DNA of 64,000 nt, taken from positions 69,974 through 133,973 of the forward strand of contig CALVNR010000003.1 of the NCBI GenBank assembly GCA_944349905.1. The letters are read 5' to 3'. Shown here in pieces: positions 34,301 to 43,300 of this stretch. This stretch comes from an uncultured Clostridia bacterium. Its GTDB lineage: Bacteria; Bacillota; Clostridia; Christensenellales; UBA1242. Below the pieces are notes generated by a model. It was not told the origin of the DNA. It did not search any database and saw only the letters and a program-made list of their open reading frames with translations. Both the position numbers and the translations under genes were made by a program. The stretch's first letter is position 1; every line of letters starts with the position of its first letter.

Positions 34301-37300
34301 TCTATATCTTTTTGAACATTTTCTTCATGTTCAGCAAAGATTTTAGAAATATATCCAAATGATTGACCAATAACACCACCAGCAAAATCTTTTGTTGTCA
34401 AGATATGAGAACTATTTTGATTCATACTTCCAGAAACTACAATTCCAACATCTTGAATTGCTGTTTGTTGTGCAGTCAAACCAAAAAGTCCACCAGCAAC
34501 TTGACCTATTATCTTAACTATTCCATCTACCTTTACATTAATTATATTAAATTCTTGGTTTTCATTATATTCAAAATAACTATTTATTGAAGTTGAATTA
34601 AAAATATCAACATATCCTGCAACACCACCAGCATAAGAGTAATTTGCAACATAATTTGCAATGCTGTCGTTGCCTGTAAATGTATAGTTGTAATTTAGAT
34701 TGTTTAAAACTGTTCTGTAATCAATAACTCTTGGCAAATCAAAGAAAGTTTCTGTTTCCGTTGAAGGGAGTTTTACTGCGTGTATGTTTGGATTTGTAAC
34801 TTCAATATTTTTTATAATAGTTGAATTTGCAATCAATCCTGCAACACTACCAGCAAAGTTTTTACCTTGAACTTGTGCATTGTTAGAATAATTAATATCT
34901 ATATTAATAAGCAAAGCATCTTTAATATAACCGGCAAGAGTTCCAACATATATAACATCCGGTGCAAAAAGGTTTGAACTTACATCAAGGTTCAAATTTA
35001 TAATTCTAGGATTATCTGCATCTCTTAATTCTGTATAAATTTCAATAGATTTAAATAATCCGTATGATAAATTGCTTCCATTGTATGTCAAACTCAAATT
35101 GTTTATAGTAAAGCCATTACCATACAAATTTCCAGAAAAAGCTCTTTGAGTTGATGGCAATGTTATGGTTTGAGCATTGAAAGCTCTCATATCAATATTA
35201 TCTACCAGTCTATAACTACCAAATATCGCTTTATCATTGTATTGATTTTGAATAGGTGTAGAGCTGCTGCTTCCTGTCGCTTCAACAAATTCTTCTGCAC
35301 TTTTGATTATAATAGGATTGATTTTTGAACCTAATGTTGTATTGATTTGTTCTCCTTCAAGCAAGATACTTCCATATGGAAGAATATAACTTCCTATTTC
35401 ACTAGACAATTCTTGTTTGTATCTGTAAGAAATTGTAAGCATATCAGGTTCTATTAATTTTAAAGTTTCTCTGCCCTCTTCAATAGATGTTGAATCCATA
35501 TACCAAATGCCATCATCATTGCCAAAAGAAGCAATTGCAAATCCGTAGAAATAATCTGCGTTGCTTGGATCTGGAACCATTAAAACATTTGTATCAAAAT
35601 CATTTTCTGTGCTAGCACCAGTTGAAGAATCTTCTTCAGAATATTCTTGATTGTAGTAATAACAATTTACATATTTGCCATTTGCAAGCAAATCTCCCTC
35701 TGCACTGATACCTGAGAAGTTCATTTGATAGAACTTTTGATTTTCTATCTGAGATGCTGAATAACAATTTTCAACATAACCTTCATTTCTATAAACAAAA
35801 CCAGAAGCTAAATAAACAGGATTTGAGTTGTCAATGCTAGATATTTTGATATTTGAATAACAATCTTTTATGTTAGCATCAGCACTGTTTGTAAGAACAA
35901 AACCTGTAACAACACAAAGATTTGATTTTATTTCAGATCCTAATCTTGCATAAATATCATTTGGCAAAGAAGTGCTTTGTTTTACACCTTCAACATAACT
36001 TGTAATAATTGAACCATTATTAATTCCAACAAAACCAGAAGCATAAGCTTTTTCTTCTCTTTCTGTCATGCTGTTGTTTTCCATAGCTAAATTTTTAACA
36101 TAGGAAGCTGCAACACTACTTTGGTTTTGTAGTACAAACCCAGCAACCTGTCCTTGTGCAACAATATTAAATGTTTCAAGATTTATATATTTTGCATTGA
36201 TTAATCCAACAGATTGAGTAACTTGCCCAAGTTCAATTATTTTATCTCCACCGACACGAGAATTAGTAATGTTTCCGTTGTTATTTAATACAAAACCTGC
36301 AACATTAGACTTCCAAGAAGAACCCTCTTGCATATTAACTTTTGTTGTATTGCCTTGTGTATAAGTAACAACAATACCACTTTGTCCAGATATCTTTACA
36401 GTAGATTCTGTTTTCATGCTGTCATTTAATTGGGAATATTTATCAGTGTAATATGAAACTACTTCACTGTTTGTAATAATACCATTGTTTTCAATAGCAA
36501 AACCAGCTATATTTATTTCACTAAAATCATTAACATTTACAGAAATTCTACCACCATTATACAAGTTTACTCTTACATTTTTTAATAATGTATTTTCTGT
36601 AACATTATTAAATAATGCCAAGTTTAATACTCCACTTTGACTTTCAACATCAAAAGATTTAATGTGAATAGTATGTCCATTTCCGTCAAAACTTGAAATA
36701 AAGTTTGTATTAAAAGGAGTATAATTTTCAAGAACAATATCGTTCATTAAAATATAATCATGAGCTGTATTTTCTTCGCTACTGCTTAATTGTAAAAATT
36801 CTTCCGAATTATCAATAGTCAAAGGCAAATCTTTGTCAGAATAAACAACTGCTCTAAGAGTATAATATTGATCATATTTGTTTTCTTCACCATTGATAGT
36901 AACATAAGTTCTTATCATTATTTGTCTTGTTGCTTCAGTCTTTGTGTTTGCAAAAATATTAATTTTGCCATCAATAACACTAATGTTAAATGGTGAATCT
37001 ACATTGCCAGCAGTTACAGGCACAAACATGTTATCGCCGACAACATAATAAATTCTATCAATTAATGGAATTTCAGAATAAGTTGTATTTAAACCACTAT
37101 TTTTTCTTACATTTATTAAATAACTATCCTTACTACCTTCACTTAAACTTCCATCACTTTCTATTTGTGGATAATACTGATTTTGTTCAAAGATATTTCT
37201 TTGATCCATGATATATTTATAAGCATCTGTTGAGTCTTTATCATTATTATCATAAACAAGTTCTTCTGGGTCAAAAACATAATTGTATGACAAAACTTGA

Positions 37301-40300
37301 TTTACGTTTACATAAACATCAAGAGTATTATCTTTTGAATTGTCTAAATAACTTTCTTTTTCGTTAATTTTAAAGTCAACAAGAGTAACTGTTGCAGTAG
37401 TTCTTTTGCTTTCTACTTGATTGTTGATTTCTCTTATTACTGTTGCATTCAAATAAATTCTGCCATCATCATTTTTAGATTCTGCCAAAATGCTTGCAGT
37501 CAATCTATATTTATAAATTCTTTTGTTTGTTGTAGAGTCAATGTTTTCACTGATTAAATAATAATCAATGCCACTTTCTGCTTCACTTACATCTATTCCT
37601 TCAACTCTTTGATCAAGGTTTACTACAATTTCAACTTCGGCACTTCCACCTTTTGCAAGTAATACAGAATTCTTGCCGTCAATTGTGATTGAAGGTTCTG
37701 ACAAATATGAAACAAATATATAAGTCTTAACATAATCAATTTGAGATGGTTGTCCAGTTTCTTCGTCAAAAACATAATAAGAAATTGTAATTTCAATAGT
37801 GCAATCTTGTGGTATAGCACCATTAATAGTTGTCAAGAAATACAAATTATTTTTATATAAATTATTGTTTGCGTCAGATGCAATATTGTTCTTGCTAGGA
37901 TAATATCTAAAACCTTCTTTATCTGTAAGTCTTTCAAAATTAATCTCACTTGTTGAAGTAAATTCATTATTTGTGCTTTTTGCAACTGGTGTAAAAGTAA
38001 CTCCGTTGCTTATAGGAGAATTTCCATAAGTAACTTCCAAGTAATCATAATAAGCATATTGTGGATTTACACTTACTTGCATGATAGAAGATGTTCCAGG
38101 TGCCAAAATACCAGTAGTAGTTGATGCAGTAGTGTATACTGTTTTGTTGCTCTTATAATTTGTGTTTGTAACCTTATAGTTAGACACATCAATTTTGGAA
38201 ATTTCTTGTTTGTTTATATTCAAAGTTAATTGAGAAGAAGTATATCCGCTCTTTGCAACAAATTGAACTTTATAAACTTCATCAGATTTTAACTTTTCTT
38301 TATAACTTTCATACACTGCAAAATTGAAATTAAAAGTTTTTAAATAAGAAGTTGTATTACTATAAGTAGAAGCTAATGGATTTGAAGTTATATCTATCAC
38401 TTCAATTCTTGCTTCTCCGTTCAAGCTATAAACAATACTATTACTATTGCTATCAGCATTAGCTACAAGTTTTGTTAAAACATCACCTGCACCTACAATA
38501 TAAATTTCAGGTACAACTTCATCGTTTTCGTCTGTTGTAAACAAATTTACACTTACTGTTGCAACAGTAGATGGAGAAATTGAAAGAGTATTTGCTGTCA
38601 TGCCAATTTCAATAGCACCATCTTTTGGATTTATACTAAATGCAACTTCTAATTCATCTTTAATTAATCGTTGCTCGTCTGAAAGAGTTCCATCAGTTTG
38701 AGAATTTGTAGAAATTAAAGGATAAATAGAAATATTTAATTTATTGTTACCATTAGAAATAGCATTGAACACATTTGAGCCCAATTGTTCAAACTTAACT
38801 TCACTTGTATCGTCCGAAACTTCATAATAAGCAAAGTTGTCAACCATATCTATTTTATATTCAACTGCATCGTTTCCAAGATAAACGCTTGTTGTCTTAA
38901 AATTAGCAACAAATTGTTTTGATTTTGTTTTTTGTAAATTTATTTCTGCATTTGTTTCGTGAGTATATTTTTCTATCTCGCCTATTGAATTTTGAGATAT
39001 AACTTCTATATCACTCACTGCTTTTTCAATTGATGCTTTAAGTTGTTTACTTAATGAAACATCTTGTTTTGAATAAAGATTTAAATCAAAAGTTGTATTT
39101 GTATATTGAACATACAACTCTGAACCAGTAACAAGCAAACTTGAAGAAGAAGATTCAAGCACAATATTTTTATTGTAAATACCCAACAAATCAGAAATAG
39201 AAATAGTATTCAATTGTTTATAGTCTTGCAACTGACTCGTTGTTAAAGAACCTGTATCATAACCTATTCCGTTGTAGAAAAATACTATTACTTCTCCGTT
39301 GGTAATTGCTTTGTAAAGATTTGTTGAATTATCTTCAATTACTGCACTTGACAACGAAATAGAATTTACTTTTTCGTCTTGATAGAATGCTATTAAATAA
39401 GCATTACCACCATTTATATTTTCATTAAAGCCATAACCACTTTCTATAAAAACGCTATTATTTGTTTTAACAATAGTAGAATTAAAATTAGATGTAGGAT
39501 TTTCATCCTCTCCACTAGTAGTAAAGTATGAAATATAACTATCTACAATAGATATTGTATAAGAAGAAATATTTCCAACAAAACCTTTTGCTACCTTTTG
39601 TTCATCTGTAAGGGTTTCGTCTTCATTTGCTTGACCTACAAAGTTGTCAACAAAAGCAAAACATTGTTCAAATGTAACATTTGCAAGAGTTTGTCCAACA
39701 AGTGCACCAACAGAAGTTCCTTGCAACCTATTGTTTGATGTAGCAGAATCTAAATTATAGTCATATACATATGCTTGGAAAATTGTTTGATTTGTTGAAG
39801 CTTGGCCTACAATACCACCAACAATATTTCCGACAAATGTGTTTAGTTTTGTTTTTTCTGTTTCTTTATCAGATTTTAAATTGTAAAATTCAACTCTTAC
39901 TCTTTTAATAATACCTTTGTTTAAACCAGCAACTCCACCAACAACGGTGCCTTCTCCATTAATTTGCAAACCTAAAACAGAACTGTTTTGTATTGTTCCA
40001 TTGTTTGTTCCACAAATACCACCAATATAAGGTTCACTTGATCGTATAAAACTGCTATATAAACCATAAGTGTCTATCGTAACATTGTCAATAGTACCTT
40101 CATTTGTGTTTGCTACAAAGCCAGAAGATTTTGTTATTTCTCCGTTGAATTTAATATTTCTTACAATACCACCTTCAACACCGGTCTTTGTAATAGTATC
40201 TGCAAAAGAATATCCCGTAAGAGTGATAGTTTCATCTCCATCTTTACCTTGCAAACCACCAGTGAAATTATCGTATAAGCAAGATTTTGCATCTAAGCTT

Positions 40301-43300
40301 AAAGTTAAATCGTTCATTACAGTATAAAATAGGTTTGCACCGTTTTCTCTAAAATCGTTTTCACTATAAACTCTATAAGCATAATCAAAACTTAAACCAT
40401 CAGCCACTAAAATATCATAGCAATGGAAGAACTCTTTAAAGTAAATATTTTCACCTTGATTATTGACAAAGAACGCATTTTCTACAAGCCATTGATAATT
40501 TGTTTGGCTTGTTCCAGATTTAATATTATTTAAATCATCTACCAATATTTGACCACTGACAAGTTCTTGATTGTCTTGATTTTGTTTGTAATATTGATAA
40601 TTTATGTATCCATTTATAACTGAATCGCTAGGGAAAAGATAAAGTTTACCACTTGTTCCTTCTGTTAATGCAGAAGACAAATCAATGCGTATCCTGTTTG
40701 TTGAAACTGCCTTTACATTTACAAAGTCTTTTCTTCCATTTTTGTCAACTACAAAATAGCTTACTCCACTATCTTTTGCATTTGTTGGAGAGGTTTTTAC
40801 AAGAAAACTATTAGACATTTGATTTGAATTGCCAACTTCAAAATAAATACCATTTTCATCAATTCCATCAACAATTAATTCTTCTACTCTATCTGCATTA
40901 ATAATAGTAAAATCTAAACTAACAATATAAGGTGCCGTTTTTAATCCTTCGCCTATAACATCAATTATTTCAAATTTATTATCTTTACTAGAAATAGAAT
41001 AAGACAATTGTAATGTTTGTTTATAATTTGGTTGATTGTTTGTTGATAAACCAATAATTGAAAGTTGCATTTGTTTTCCATTTATTCTATCAACATAAAT
41101 ATCAAAATAAATATTTTCAAATTCATTATTATTTGAATCAACCCACTTGATTTTCAAGTTTTCGTTAGAATTTATATCAGCATTTGATTGAATATAACCT
41201 TTGACATCTGTACCGCCAATATTTGCTTCAAAAACAAAATTTGAAATATCAACATAAGTAGCATCAGCCCTTGAATAAGAAATGGTTACAGTCTTAGAAA
41301 CTTCCTCAGCATTACCCACTGAATTTTTTGAATAAATTACAAAACTTTTATCTGATGAAGGTTCAACACTTAACTGACTTATTGCTTGATAAGATTCAAT
41401 GAGCAAAACTTTATATAAAGTTACTTGGTTTCCCTTATCATTTATCCCTTGGTAAGAGAAAATCACATAAGTGTAACCATTACCTTTTGTTTCAATAACA
41501 TCATAAGTAGAATTAATAGAAACGACACTACTATTTCCTTTGACATTAACATCATTGATTATTCCAATTTTGCCATCTGAGCTATTAAATCTTTCTAAAA
41601 ATGCAGTAAGCTGAGCATCGTAATCTTCATTTTCATCAAATGTAAAATCTAGATATTTTACCCCAATTGTTGCCAACGCAGAAATATTATTTAAAGTCTT
41701 ATTAAAAATATGTGAAACAGGAATAGTTTTCCCATTTTTAATCATCAAAACAGAATCAGAAATTTGACTGCTTGATTGTATAATTTCACCTGCTTGACCT
41801 TCTATTGTTTCACTTACAAACAAATCATTGTCTTCACCTTTCATGGTAATATCATTTGTTTCATTTGAAACAGAAATAGATGCATCCGTCAAAGGATAAA
41901 CTATATTAAAATAAATTGGTTCACTTTTGGCACCATTTTCATGTTCAAAAATAAAATAAGTTTCGTTGCTTGTAATTCCAACATATTCAGGATTTAAAGT
42001 AAAATCAATAGAGAAAATTACATTGCCATTATCAATAGATTTAAAACTAGGATTGCTTATTTGAATGTAAGGCTTTGGATAACTTGAATTTGAAACAATT
42101 ATGCCGTCAACACTTGATTGTCCTTTTAAAGTAAAATTAATAGTTTTAGTATTAACAGAACTGCTGTTGATAAAAATTTCATCTATTTCATTAACAAATT
42201 CTATTTTGTCTGAAGATTTTACAAGCATAACATTTTTTAATTCAACAGAAACATTTGGATTATCAACTGATTCAAATACAATATTTACTCCTTCAAAAGT
42301 TCCATAATCAATATTACCTTCTTGCTCTTCCAAAAATTTTTCATTTGCTTTAATATAAATTTCATGGATTAAATTTGAAATCTGAGTGCTAGAAATGTTA
42401 TCTGAAACAAAAGCATTTGCTTCTCCAACCCAGTTAAAATTCACTTTTGAATAGACACCATTTGATTTGGTATAAATTTCAACAAAATTTTCTTCACCCA
42501 AACGATATTGTTCTGTGGAAACATAAATTTTTATTTCACCACTGACATCTAGCACAGTATCAGGTGTAAGAGAAACTTTGTAAAGTTGACCAAATCCAGA
42601 ATTTGAAGAATATTGAGAATATATTTTTTGCTGAATCTTTGTTGCGTCAGAATCCCCCTTCATAATGTTTATCGCATTAATTTGTTCTTTTGCTTCAACA
42701 ATCAAATTTCCCAAATTTAAATCATTTGTATCTATTTTGTAATCAAATTCCTTATACCCAATTTCAAAAGAAATATAATATGAAGAATTTACTTTAATTG
42801 AATTGCCTTCCTCGTCTTTTAAATCTTCGTTGGCATAAACAATAAATTCATATCCATTTTCAGAAGAAACAACCAAATCGTTGCAAATTTCACCTTTTTT
42901 GTTTCTTACAACTGGTGTGATTTCAAGATTATCAAACCCTTCAACCAAAATATAACCAACATTTTCTCCATTTTCACCAATGTTAGGAATTATTTTTAAA
43001 GTTAAAGTTTTTACTCCATTTTCATCGGCCACTGCATTAGATAAAAATTGATAGTCTTGATTTTTTGAGTTTCTAACACCAAAATCAATATCGTCAGTTG
43101 TTATCTTTTCAATGCAAGTAAGGTCAACAGTAGCACTAACACCTAAATGAGTTGTTGCGACCAAAGAAATTGTAGATGATTGTGCCGTAGAAAAATTTTC
43201 AGGTAGAGTTAATTTATTTCCACTTATTTGTGCACCATTAAATTCTTGTGTGCCAGTGGCTTCAAAAGTCCAAACGACATCTTTACGATTGCTTGATGCT